Notes under the pieces: generated by a model
Told to the model about the DNA's origin: nothing
The model's input: only the letters and a program-made list of their open reading frames with translations
The model's database searches: none
Source of the DNA: an uncultured virus (IMG/VR IMGVR_UViG_3300021961_000033)
Lineage: Duplodnaviria; Heunggongvirae; Uroviricota; Caudoviricetes
Virus record (IMG/VR): IMGVR_UViG_3300021961_000033
Span: 62,001-117,201 of that record
DNA: 55,201 nt
Direction: 5' to 3' (one strand)
In this document: in pieces, positions 9,114-19,000 of the stretch
Layout: every line of letters begins with the position of its first letter
How positions within the stretch are numbered: position 1 is the stretch's first letter
Position numbers and translations under genes: made by a program

Positions 9114-10513
9114 TGCCACAGCAATTTTTTTATGACCAGCAGATTAGACGCTTCTTACTACAGTTTATTAGAGCATTTAGTAATTTCCAAGTTGAATATG
9201 GCAAGGACCGTGACGGAAATATTACGCTAGTAACAGTGCCAGTTAGGTATGGCGACGCAACTAGAATAGTTAGTAGCCTTATAAGAGATGGAAGTGAAAA
9301 TAAAATTAATCCAAGTCCTATGATTAGTTGTTATGTTAGTGGTATGGAATACAGTGCAGATCGCAGACAGGAACCTACTTTCATAGATAAACGCCATATA
9401 AGAATGCGTAAGTATGACACAAATACAGGCGAGTATACTACACAACAAGGCAATGCATTTAGTGTAGAACGTCATATGCCTGTCCCTTATAACCTTACAA
9501 TGACTACAGATATCTGGACAAGTAATACAAACCAAAAGTTACAATTACTAGAACAGATACTAGTATTGTTTAATCCAGCACTAGAAATACAAAGTACAGA
9601 CAATTATTTGGATTGGGGAAGTTTAAGTTATATTGAACTTGAGCAAACTACCTGGTCAAGTAGAGCAGTACCAGTTGGCGTGGATGAACAAATTGATATT
9701 GCTACACTACAATTTAGGGTTCCTATATGGCTTTCACCGCCAGCCAAAGTTAAAAAACTTGGTGTTGTACAAAAAATTATTGCTAGTATATACGACGAAT
9801 CAGGCAGTATTAGTGATGGTGTAATTGACAGAGACATACTATTGGGTACTAGAATGAAGTTTACACCAATGAACTTTGGTATACTGTTATTAGGAAATAC
9901 AATTACTATCTTAGAAAGACAGGAAACTGTAACAAACAAAGTAGACGGAAGTATACTCGACGATCCTCCAGCAAAGGTTGGAGCAGACGATATAACTTGG
10001 CGATCTGTAATCAATCAATATGGTGAATTACAGGCTGGCATAAGTCAAATACGCATAGATTTTGGTACGGGCGAGATAATAGGTACAGTTGCACATCACC
10101 CTAGTGACGATACAAAGTTATTGTTTACAGTAGATGCTGATACCATACCAACAAATGATCTAAATCCTGTGTTAAAAATTATTAATCCGCTTAGAGTAGG
10201 ACCAGGCGCTGGCTTAGCCAGTGCTGCTAATGGTCAAAGATATCTTATATTAAAAGGTATAGGTGACACTAGCAATACAGACGGTGCAGATGCATGGAAA
10301 GATTCAAGTGGTAATGATTTTATTGCTGGAGCAAATGATATTATACAATATGACGGAATTCGTTGGAATGTAGTATTTGACAGCAGCACTGAAACGGGTG
10401 TACACTATATGACAAATACCAATACAGGCATACAGTACAAATGGACTGGTGATACCTGGGTTAAGAGTTATGAAGGTGAATACAAGGCCGGAGAATGGAC
10501 ACTGGTAATTTAA
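9113..10513 (+). CDS. Tail sheath stabiliser / tail terminator (gp15-like) with C-terminal extra domain
   Basis: FFYD.QIRR...QF...FSN, VPVRYG, MPVPYNL...DIWTSN..QKLQLLEQILVLFNP. Confidence 0.8.
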   Translation: MPQQFFYDQQIRRFLLQFIRAFSNFQVEYGKDRDGNITLVTVPVRYGDATRIVSSLIRDGSENKINPSPMISCYVSGMEYSADRRQEPTFIDKRHIRMRKYDTNTGEYTTQQGNAFSVERHMPVPYNLTMTTDIWTSNTNQKLQLLEQILVLFNPALEIQSTDNYLDWGSLSYIELEQTTWSSRAVPVGVDEQIDIATLQFRVPIWLSPPAKVKKLGVVQKIIASIYDESGSISDGVIDRDILLGTRMKFTPMNFGILLLGNTITILERQETVTNKVDGSILDDPPAKVGADDITWRSVINQYGELQAGISQIRIDFGTGEIIGTVAHHPSDDTKLLFTVDADTIPTNDLNPVLKIINPLRVGPGAGLASAANGQRYLILKGIGDTSNTDGADAWKDSSGNDFIAGANDIIQYDGIRWNVVFDSSTETGVHYMTNTNTGIQYKWTGDTWVKSYEGEYKAGEWTLVI

Positions 10514-10944
10514 AGCAAAGTGTAGGCACTGTATTCTTTGCTAAATCGACAAAAAGATTTCTATTTTTATTAAGAAGTGAAACTACTTTTGAAAACACCT
10601 GGGCGTTTGTAGGTGGTAAAGTAGAGGCAAAAGAAAGTATACTTGAGGCTCTAAAAAGAGAGACATTAGAAGAAACTGGTAATGTAAGGCCTACAATAAA
10701 AATTATTCCAATAGAAAAGTTTACTAATGACAAAAAAGGTTTCGAGTATCATACATTTGTTAGTATAGTAGATGAAGAATTTATTCCTGTACTTAATACT
10801 GAACACAAGGGTTATGCTTGGACAACTATAGAAGGATGGCCTAAACCATTACATCCTGGCGTATTTAATACAATTCAAGCAGAAGAAATAAAGAAAAAAA
10901 TAGCAACTATTACTGACTTATTTGGTGCGGTGAACGGCGCCTAG
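10495..10944 (+). CDS. Nudix hydrolase
   Basis: Nudix box GGKVEAKESILEALKRETLEETG; EHKGYAW, LHPG. Confidence 0.9.
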   Translation: MDTGNLKQSVGTVFFAKSTKRFLFLLRSETTFENTWAFVGGKVEAKESILEALKRETLEETGNVRPTIKIIPIEKFTNDKKGFEYHTFVSIVDEEFIPVLNTEHKGYAWTTIEGWPKPLHPGVFNTIQAEEIKKKIATITDLFGAVNGA

Positions 10945-11682
10945 TCCAGCCATATTAATATACTGCAAAGATCCAACACATTTAACATTATCTAACCAGT
11001 TAAACTCTTCTATTGAATGATGCGGGTCGTTCACTTGTTCAGATATAACATGATAAAATTCAACATCATCATATAATTCCATAACATTAATAAACTGCCG
11101 TATAAGTTTTTCTCTTAATTTTGTAGTATCTTGCATTTCTAGATAGGAATGAGCAGTTGCAGGATAGATATGTGATTTGGTATTTGGCGCATAAAAGTCA
11201 CAGCCAATCATAAAAATCTTTTTATGACCATCAGCACAGGCTAGTCTTAGAGCGGCAGGACCCATAAACAAGGGTTCATAGTGAGGATAAAGATGAAATT
11301 TACCTGGAAATTTAATTAGATTTTTTCTAGTAGTGTAAACAATATTGTCTTCACAGTAGTTGGAATCCACTATCCACTGTAATATTTCAGGATTTACGCA
11401 AAATAAGAATGTAGGATTAAAGTCCTGGAACAACTGATTGCAACCATAACTTTGGCCTACACTGTGTGGACCACCTTCACCACCTACTTGGCCGTGCAAA
11501 AACTCAAGTTTGTGTTTAAGTCTACTCGGACCATTGCCTATAACATGAGCAACATCGGTGTGCCCTTCATTAATAATAGTTTTCGGAATCCAGACACCAT
11601 TGCTATCTTTATTTCCGTCACGCCAGTGAACTGAATCCGAAACTGTTTCGCCCTCGTATTCACTAGTATAAAATTTGTACAT
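10918..11682 (-). CDS. Maf/DUF115/Cst-like Rossmann-fold protein (possible glycosyltransferase)
   Basis: AHVIGNGPSR, YGCN, GPAALRLAC.DGHKKIFMIGCDF; paralogous to 32523-33104. Confidence 0.55.
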   Translation of the reverse strand: MYKFYTSEYEGETVSDSVHWRDGNKDSNGVWIPKTIINEGHTDVAHVIGNGPSRLKHKLEFLHGQVGGEGGPHSVGQSYGCNQLFQDFNPTFLFCVNPEILQWIVDSNYCEDNIVYTTRKNLIKFPGKFHLYPHYEPLFMGPAALRLACADGHKKIFMIGCDFYAPNTKSHIYPATAHSYLEMQDTTKLREKLIRQFINVMELYDDVEFYHVISEQVNDPHHSIEEFNWLDNVKCVGSLQYINMAGLGAVHRTK

Positions 11683-13235
11683 TATTTTATGCCAACAGCA
11701 ACTTCAATTACGCCCGCAGCAGATGAATCTTTGTTTTCTATAGATTTGCCAATTACGCTACCATAGGGTGGATCACCTTCTTCATGCCAGGCCATTGCAT
11801 GTCCTGGGGTAGCACTTGATACTAGCATATCACCTTTTGCTACTGCACCAATTACTTTACATGGAACACGGCCAGTTAGAGCTACTGCAACACTGTTTTC
11901 TAGATCTTTATTCATTAAATATGCTGGATCAGTAGACACAATACCAATTACTTTTTTGTCTAATGCTTTAGTGGATTGCGTAACTTCTGCTTCACCTCCC
12001 AAGCATACTATTGTGCCAGGTTCATATTCTGCATCTGCCGCATATCGTTCCGCCAAGTCAGCGTATCTAGCAGCGGTTGCTGTAGCAGTAATAACTCCAG
12101 CAGTAAAGTTACCACTAGCATCGCGAGCAACAATAGTGCTTGCTGTATTTGCACTTGTAGCATTACTTGTTACTGTGAAAGTAGCGTTTCCTGATTGGTT
12201 AGCAGTAAATGTTTGACTACCGCTAAGGCCTGTACCACTTACATTCATTGTGAGTGTGCCGTTGCCTACCGTAATACCACTAGTTGACGCACTAGTAATA
12301 CGACCATCTGCTGCAATAGTAATTACAGGGATAGCAGTTGCACTACCATAGGACCCTGCACTTACGCCACTAGCAGCAATGTCTGTAGCAAATGATAAGT
12401 TGCCACTGCCGTCAAATGAGCCACTAGTACCTGTAACGTCACCTGTTAATGAAATTGTTCTGCCTGTAGCCCAAGCACTTGCTGTACTTGCATTACCACT
12501 TAGAGCGCCTTCAAAAGTCGCTGCTACAAGTGTACCACTTGTAATTGTTAAGTCACCAGTACTAGCACCTGTTGCTGTGGTAGTGCCTACTATGAATTTG
12601 TCTGCACTCTCATCCCAACCAATAAATGCGTTATCGCCTGTTGAACCACGCTCTAGGACAAGACCTAAGTCATTTGTATTAGCACCAGTTAAACTATGGT
12701 TAAGTTCAATTAGAGCGTCATTAACTACTAGGTTTGTTGCGTTGTTGGTAACAGTAGTACCACTAACTGTTAAATCACCACTAATGGTCATTGACGCTAC
12801 AGTAGCAGTACCAGTAATTGTTGGACTCGCAAGAGTCTTGTTTGTTAATGTATCAGTTGTTGCTCTACCAACTAATGTGTCTGTTGAGGTTGGTAATGTA
12901 AGTGTACCAGTATTACTGATACTGCTAATAACTGGAGAAGTAAGTGTTTTGTTTGTTAATGTATCAGTTGTTGCTCTACCAACTAATGTGTCTGTTGAGG
13001 TTGGTAATGTAAGTGTGCCCGTATTACTGATACTACTAATTACTGGACTTGTAAGAGTCTTATTTGTAAGAGTTTGAGTAGCACTATTCATTGTGAGTTC
13101 GTACCCACCAGCAGTACTATTATCATGAACTCTGATAGTATTTAAAGTTGTATCAATACTAAGTTCACCAGCCGCGCCTGTAAAGGAATCGTTTTGGGAA
13201 GTATTTCCTCGTCTAAATTGTACTGTTGTTGGCAT
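11682..13235 (-). CDS. Tail fibre-like protein: Mtd-type N-terminal domain, C-terminal peptidase-G2/intramolecular-chaperone-like domain
   Basis: N-term VQFRRG....DSFTGAAGELSIDT...TIRVHD..TAGG; C-term YADLAERY..D..YEPGT...GIVSTDPAYLMN...VALTGRVPCKV.G.V.KGD.LV. Confidence 0.75.
   Translation of the reverse strand: MPTTVQFRRGNTSQNDSFTGAAGELSIDTTLNTIRVHDNSTAGGYELTMNSATQTLTNKTLTSPVISSISNTGTLTLPTSTDTLVGRATTDTLTNKTLTSPVISSISNTGTLTLPTSTDTLVGRATTDTLTNKTLASPTITGTATVASMTISGDLTVSGTTVTNNATNLVVNDALIELNHSLTGANTNDLGLVLERGSTGDNAFIGWDESADKFIVGTTTATGASTGDLTITSGTLVAATFEGALSGNASTASAWATGRTISLTGDVTGTSGSFDGSGNLSFATDIAASGVSAGSYGSATAIPVITIAADGRITSASTSGITVGNGTLTMNVSGTGLSGSQTFTANQSGNATFTVTSNATSANTASTIVARDASGNFTAGVITATATAARYADLAERYAADAEYEPGTIVCLGGEAEVTQSTKALDKKVIGIVSTDPAYLMNKDLENSVAVALTGRVPCKVIGAVAKGDMLVSSATPGHAMAWHEEGDPPYGSVIGKSIENKDSSAAGVIEVAVGIK
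12841..13062 (-). repeat. Near-perfect 111 bp (37 aa) tandem duplication inside fibre gene
   Basis: TLTNKTLTSPVISSISNTGTLTLPTSTDTLVGRATTD occurs twice; first ~65 nt of the two units are identical. Confidence 0.9.
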
Positions 13236-13259
13236 CTTAAACTCCTGTTAACCTACTAT

Positions 13260-14783
13260 TTATGCGCCCACATATGCCTCGCTATCACCATAGTCTATAC
13301 TTTCTAAACTACCAACTGGATCCATTAAACTAAACACACTACCCAAGTTTACACCAAAGGCATCAGTACCGCTTGCTTCAAATGGTGTTTCTTGGGTTGT
13401 TTGTGCAACATTATAACTCATGTCAAAATTGCCATCAGTTCCTGGCACTGTACTAAATGTTGAATTTGGATAACTTGCGCCAGAGCTTCCACCACCAGAA
13501 CCAGCATCAGCCCAACTAAAGACACCAGCACCATTAGTACTAAGTACTTGTCCTTCTGTACCATCAGTATTTGGCAATGTCCAAGTCACACTACTTGATA
13601 TTGTAGCAGGTGCTCTCAACGACACATAATGACTGCTATCACTATCATAAAACTCTAATTCTGCTTGTGCATTGAGTCTAATGTCTGTAGTAATTTCTGG
13701 ACTTGTTAGGGTTTTATTTGTTAATGTTTGTGTTCCAGTAAGGGTAGCAACTGTACTGTCAATACTAAGTGTAACATCACCTGTGTCTCCTCCGCCAGAT
13801 AACCCTGTGCTTGCTGTAACGCTTGTGATGTCGCCTGTTGGCACACTACTTACTTGACTGTCAACATATGCCTTAGTAGCAGCATCTTGCGCCGCAGTAG
13901 GATCACCCATGTCAGTAATTTTATTAGTACCCATTGCAATGGCACCACTCATAGTACCGCCTGCTAATGCCAGTGCGTCAGGTCCTGTATAGGTTATAAC
14001 TCCAGTTGAACTATTGTAAGTAAGACTACCATCGCCGCCTGCATCTGTTACACTGATAGCACTTCTAACTCTAGCATCTGTATAGTACAGGTTAGTTGAT
14101 CCTTCGCTAAGATCATCTGTATCACTGCTGGCTAAACTGCCAATAGTTTGATAGGTGCTACCATCTGTGGTCATTTCCCAGACATCAGATGTTTCATTCC
14201 AACGCAATTGTACAGCATTGCTATCACCACGCAACACTCTAATACCAGCATTTTCAGTAGGCGTGCCGCTGGTTACATCACTGTTTAAATCAATAAGATT
14301 GTCTGCAACACTAAGTGTAGTTGTGTTAATTGTTGTAGTTGTGCCGCTGACTGTAAAGTTTCCACTGACAGTAAGATTGCTGCTAATTGTACCGCCTGTA
14401 AGTGGCAAGTAGTTAGTGTCAACATAACCTTTTGTAGCAGCATCAGTAGAAGCACTTGGTGTACCAAGATTTGTAATCTTGTTACTGTTCATATGGATAT
14501 CATCGCCAAATTCAACATTAGTGCCAGCACTATCAATAATACGCTTACCGGTCAATATTTCCAATGGAGCTAAAATTTCTACATTACCAGCTCCTTTTGG
14601 TGTGATTCTAATATCAATGTTAGTGTCGTCACCTGCTGCTAATAACTGAACTGGATTACCTGCTGTTGAGCCTTTTACCTGTGCAATGTTATCTGAACTG
14701 GTTGTGTCAATTAGTGTCTTACCATCAGATTGTAGTTTACCAGTTTTATTATCAAAGAAAAAACTTCTATTACGTCTTGCCAT
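13260..14783 (-). CDS. Virion fibre/structural protein
   Basis: Ser/Thr/Gly-rich; two DAATK.YVD motifs; TDDLSEGSTNLYYTDAR; modules shared with neighbouring genes. Confidence 0.7.
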   Translation of the reverse strand: MARRNRSFFFDNKTGKLQSDGKTLIDTTSSDNIAQVKGSTAGNPVQLLAAGDDTNIDIRITPKGAGNVEILAPLEILTGKRIIDSAGTNVEFGDDIHMNSNKITNLGTPSASTDAATKGYVDTNYLPLTGGTISSNLTVSGNFTVSGTTTTINTTTLSVADNLIDLNSDVTSGTPTENAGIRVLRGDSNAVQLRWNETSDVWEMTTDGSTYQTIGSLASSDTDDLSEGSTNLYYTDARVRSAISVTDAGGDGSLTYNSSTGVITYTGPDALALAGGTMSGAIAMGTNKITDMGDPTAAQDAATKAYVDSQVSSVPTGDITSVTASTGLSGGGDTGDVTLSIDSTVATLTGTQTLTNKTLTSPEITTDIRLNAQAELEFYDSDSSHYVSLRAPATISSSVTWTLPNTDGTEGQVLSTNGAGVFSWADAGSGGGSSGASYPNSTFSTVPGTDGNFDMSYNVAQTTQETPFEASGTDAFGVNLGSVFSLMDPVGSLESIDYGDSEAYVGA

Positions 14784-15958
14784 TATTGTGCTACCTCAAA
14801 AGTTCTAACTATTGCAGTCCATCTAATTGTTTTTGCTGCTACGCCTGTTACATATATGCCAATAGAATCGTTAGTATTATCTGCTCTAGCATCCACAGCA
14901 TAGTTTGCATCATCTGTAGCTACCTGGACCTCATATACAGTCCCAACGTCTGCAACTGTACCACTAAAGTTATCTGCTACTGCTTTTAAATGCCAGCCAC
15001 CACTTTCGCCAGTAGCGTCAGTGCGTCTTGCAACAATATCTACTTCATAGAAAACTGTTGTATTACTTGCAACTGGTATACGACTGCTTGCTGTTCCGCC
15101 TACAAATATTTCTGTTTCTGTAGCGTTGGTTGTTGTTCCATATAACACATATTGTTTTTGGTTGTAAGCTGTGTCACCGTGTATGATTTGATAATCTGCA
15201 TCGTTAATAGTAAAATCACCGCCTGCGACAGTTGCGCCATATCCTAAACTAAGTAAACCGGTATCTCTATCCAATACAAAAGTATCATCATACCATGTGC
15301 TACTTGTTCTTCTTGTGATATAGAAATCACTGTTGTTGTCCATACCAAACGCAAGACGCTGGTCATCGTTAACTGCAAAAGTTACAGTGGTATGTGTAGC
15401 AGTAGCAGGGTTTAGGAATATATCTGCTTGTGCGCCGTTTATTCTCAAAGTACCTACACCGTCACTGATACTGTTGGCTGTTAATGTCATTGCAGGTGTT
15501 GAAGTTGCGTCTGAGGTAAATGCAAAGGTACCAGTTAATGTTGGATCACTAATAGTTGGGCTAGTTAGTGTTTTGTTTGTTAGTGTTTGTGTGCCTGCTT
15601 CAGTTACTAGTGTTCCAGTTACTCCATCTAGCAAGTTAAGTTCAGTTGCTGTTGATGTTACGGCAGTGCCGCCTATTTCTAATGTGGCTGTGTTAATTGT
15701 TCCAACTTGTAAATCAGCATAACTGCTAATAGTTACATTACCGCTGGTAGTTCCATCTTCTGTAGTATTAACTAGTACAAACTCATCAGCACTTTCATCA
15801 TAAATTAAAGCAACATTGGTATCACTGCCACGTTCAATAACAATACCTACATCTTTGTCTGCACTACCACTTTGCCCACTGTTAAGTCTAAGTAGCGGGT
15901 CTGATATATTGGTAACGTCGAAGTCAATTTGTGCTGCTCTAGGTCTAGTGAAAGCCAT
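14783..15958 (-). CDS. Virion fibre/structural protein
   Basis: GIVIERGS..NVALIYDESADEF module shared with neighbours; TQTLTNKTLTSP. Confidence 0.7.
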   Translation of the reverse strand: MAFTRPRAAQIDFDVTNISDPLLRLNSGQSGSADKDVGIVIERGSDTNVALIYDESADEFVLVNTTEDGTTSGNVTISSYADLQVGTINTATLEIGGTAVTSTATELNLLDGVTGTLVTEAGTQTLTNKTLTSPTISDPTLTGTFAFTSDATSTPAMTLTANSISDGVGTLRINGAQADIFLNPATATHTTVTFAVNDDQRLAFGMDNNSDFYITRRTSSTWYDDTFVLDRDTGLLSLGYGATVAGGDFTINDADYQIIHGDTAYNQKQYVLYGTTTNATETEIFVGGTASSRIPVASNTTVFYEVDIVARRTDATGESGGWHLKAVADNFSGTVADVGTVYEVQVATDDANYAVDARADNTNDSIGIYVTGVAAKTIRWTAIVRTFEVAQ

Positions 15959-15991
15959 ACTGATACATCCTAATTTATATTGTATTTATCC

Positions 15992-16022
15992 AAAAAAAAT
16001 AGGGAGGACTAATCCTCCCTAT
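15992..16022 (-). terminator. Intrinsic terminator after the 1981 aa fibre gene
   Basis: ATAGGGAGGA-4nt-TCCTCCCTAT perfect 10 bp stem followed by a T run on the minus strand. Confidence 0.85.
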
Positions 16023-16045
16023 TCTCTGTAAGCCTGTAATTGTTA

Positions 16046-19000
16046 TTACATCATTAATGCCAATACTTCGATGACACCTTCGCCACCTTCATTTGCCTCA
16101 ATAGCTTTGCCTATTACTGTGCCTATTGCTGGGTTTGCCTCTGCACGAGCCATACCGTTGCCTGCGCTAACCATTAGGTCGCCTGCTGCTACAGGGCCTG
16201 TTACCTTACAAGGTACACGTCCTGCAAGAGCAAGTGCAACACCGTCTTGTGCAGTGTTCATTAGGTAAGCTGGATCAGTTGAAACAATGCCTGCTACTGC
16301 ACGACTTGCGTCTGCATCACATGCTGCAACTTTACCTTCACCTACGAACATTACAACTGTACCTGCTTCGATATCTTCGTCAGCAGCATATTTTTCTGCC
16401 AAGTCAGCGTATCTAGCAGCAGTTGATGTAGCACTAATAACACCAGCACTAAAGTTACCACTACCATCGCGGAACACGATGGTTGAAGCAGTGTTTGCGT
16501 TAGTAGCGTTTGATGTAACAGTAAATGTTGCACCTTCACTACTTGCACTACCACTTAAACCGTTACCACTTACTGCACCTGTAGCAACATAGTTGCCTGT
16601 AGTATCAGTACCAAGAGCAACTGAGTTAGCAGCAATGGTTGTAGCAAATGACAAGTTACCTGAACCATCAAATGCACCACTTGTACCAGTAACATCACCT
16701 GTTAGGGTTATTGTTCTACCAGTTGCCCAAGCACTTGCTGTTGTGGCGTTACCACTTAGAGCACCTTCAAAAGTCGCTGCTACAAGTGTACCAGCACTGA
16801 TTGTTAAGTCACCGCTTGAAGCACCTGTTGCTGTGGTTGTACCAACAATAAACTTGTCAGTACTTTCGTCCCAACCCATGAACGCATTGTCACCAGTTGA
16901 ACCACGCTCCATAACAATACCAAGGTCACTTGCATTTGATGTTGCGCCGTTATTGAGTTCAATTAGGGCGTCATTAACTACTAGGTTATCAGCATTATTA
17001 GTAACTGTAGTACCATTAATTGTTAAGTTACCTGTAACAGTCAAGTTACCACCAATTGAACCATTACCACTAGTAGTAACAGTTGTAAATGTACCTGCTG
17101 CTGCTGAGTTAGCACCAATAATGGCACCATCAATAGCACCACCATTTACGTCAATTGTAGTAAATGTTGATGTACCAGTTGATGTTACATTACCTGTTAC
17201 ATTACCTGTTACATTACCATTAAAGGTATCACTTGTAAGCGTACCAGTGCTTGGATTGTATGTTAATCCAGCGTCATGGTGAACTGCGGTAACAGCACCA
17301 CTTGTGATATCACCAAAGTAAAGTTGTTCTTCAGCATTTGTTGTAGTATCACTTGTAGTTGTAGCACCTGCTGGACCCCAACTTAGGTTGCCTGCGCCAT
17401 CACTTTGTAGTGAATAACCAGCAACTCCGGTATCTGCATTAGGAAGTGTCCAGGTTACATTGCTTGCTACAGTTGCAGGAGCTTGGAATGCAACAAAGTT
17501 GCTACCGTCTGCATCCATAAAGCGAACGTCGCCTTGGTTACCAGTTACAAAGTCACTAACTACTGTGCCTGCTGGTGTTGAACCATCACTCTGGAAGATT
17601 TCTAGAGTATTGCTACCACTATCCTTAAGTTGTAGTGAACCTAAGTGGATTGTGCCACTAGATACATACAAACTACGCCACTTGTTGCTTGAACCACCAA
17701 GGTCATAACCAGTAGTACCATCTGAGTCAACATTTGGTAGTAAGGCGGAACCTGTCAGTCTCATGATCTCGCTACCAGCAACATCAAAACGTATGATGTC
17801 TTCATCACTTGATTCTTCAACCTGTACTTGTGTGTCACCATCAGCGTCAGCTAGTGCGTTAACTGTTGTAGTTGTAGTAAACTTACGAACTTCAATCAAG
17901 TCACCGCTTGATGGAGCAGTTGTAAATGTAAGTGTAGTACCAGTAACACCATAAACTGTTGTTGGCTCCTGCACGACACCGTTTAGCATGACAAGTACAC
18001 CAGCACTTGAATAACTGTCTGCGCCAGTTAGTGCATTAAGTGTAAATGCTACTGTGCTGTTGTCACCGTTAAATGTTTGTGATGTAGCAACTGTAAAGTC
18101 TGAGCTAACACTTGCCCATGCACTGTTACCGTAATATTCAACTGTGTTTAGTGTAGTGTTGAAGCGGAACATACCTGTCACGCCTGTGGCAGGACGTTGT
18201 CCTGTTGTACCAGTTGCTGTAATCATTGCACCAGTATCGTTAACATGGAATACTGCATTAGCATTTGGTGCACCACCAATACCAACATTATCACCACTTG
18301 CATCAACTGTTAGTAGTGCAGTGTTACTATCACCTTCTACAACAAAGTCAACATTTGCGCCTGCTTCGTTAACACGAATTGAGCTAGTTGCTGTACCGTT
18401 AATAGCAAGGATACCAGTACCGTTTGCAATAGTTGTGTCTGTACCATTATGGTTGATAGTAAAGTCATTGCCTGTACCAACTCTTAGTGAGCCGGCGTCT
18501 GCAATGTCAACATTGCTTGATGCTGTAATAGCACCTGTAACAGCAAGTGTACTACCATTAAATGTTAAGTTACCACTATCTTCTAGTTCACCACTAGTAC
18601 CTGCAAGTACTACACGACCACTTGTTAGGTCACTAACAGCAGCACTTGAAAGTGTAGTTGCACCAGCACTTAGTGTACCAGTTGTTGCAACGTTACCTGA
18701 TGTATCAGCAACTGTAAACGCACCATCAACATCAATACCACCATCAAGACTTGCAAGTCCAGTAACGTCCAATGTACCTGTAATTGTTGTATTACCAGCA
18801 GCCAATGTGCCACTTGTGCTCACATTACCTGATGTATTTGCAACAGTAAACGCACCGTCAACATCAATACCGCCGTCTAGGCTTGCTAGACCGGAAGCAT
18901 CAAGTGTACCAACTGATGTATTACCAGCAGTTAATGTACCTGTTGTAACAACATTACCTGTTGTATCTGCTACTGTAAATGCACCATCTACATCAATACC

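Noticed and set aside
11682..17060. Diversity-generating retroelement (Mtd-like N-terminus plus repeated DNA)
   Set aside because: No reverse transcriptase in the window; both copies are coding and differ mainly at synonymous sites, not specifically at adenines
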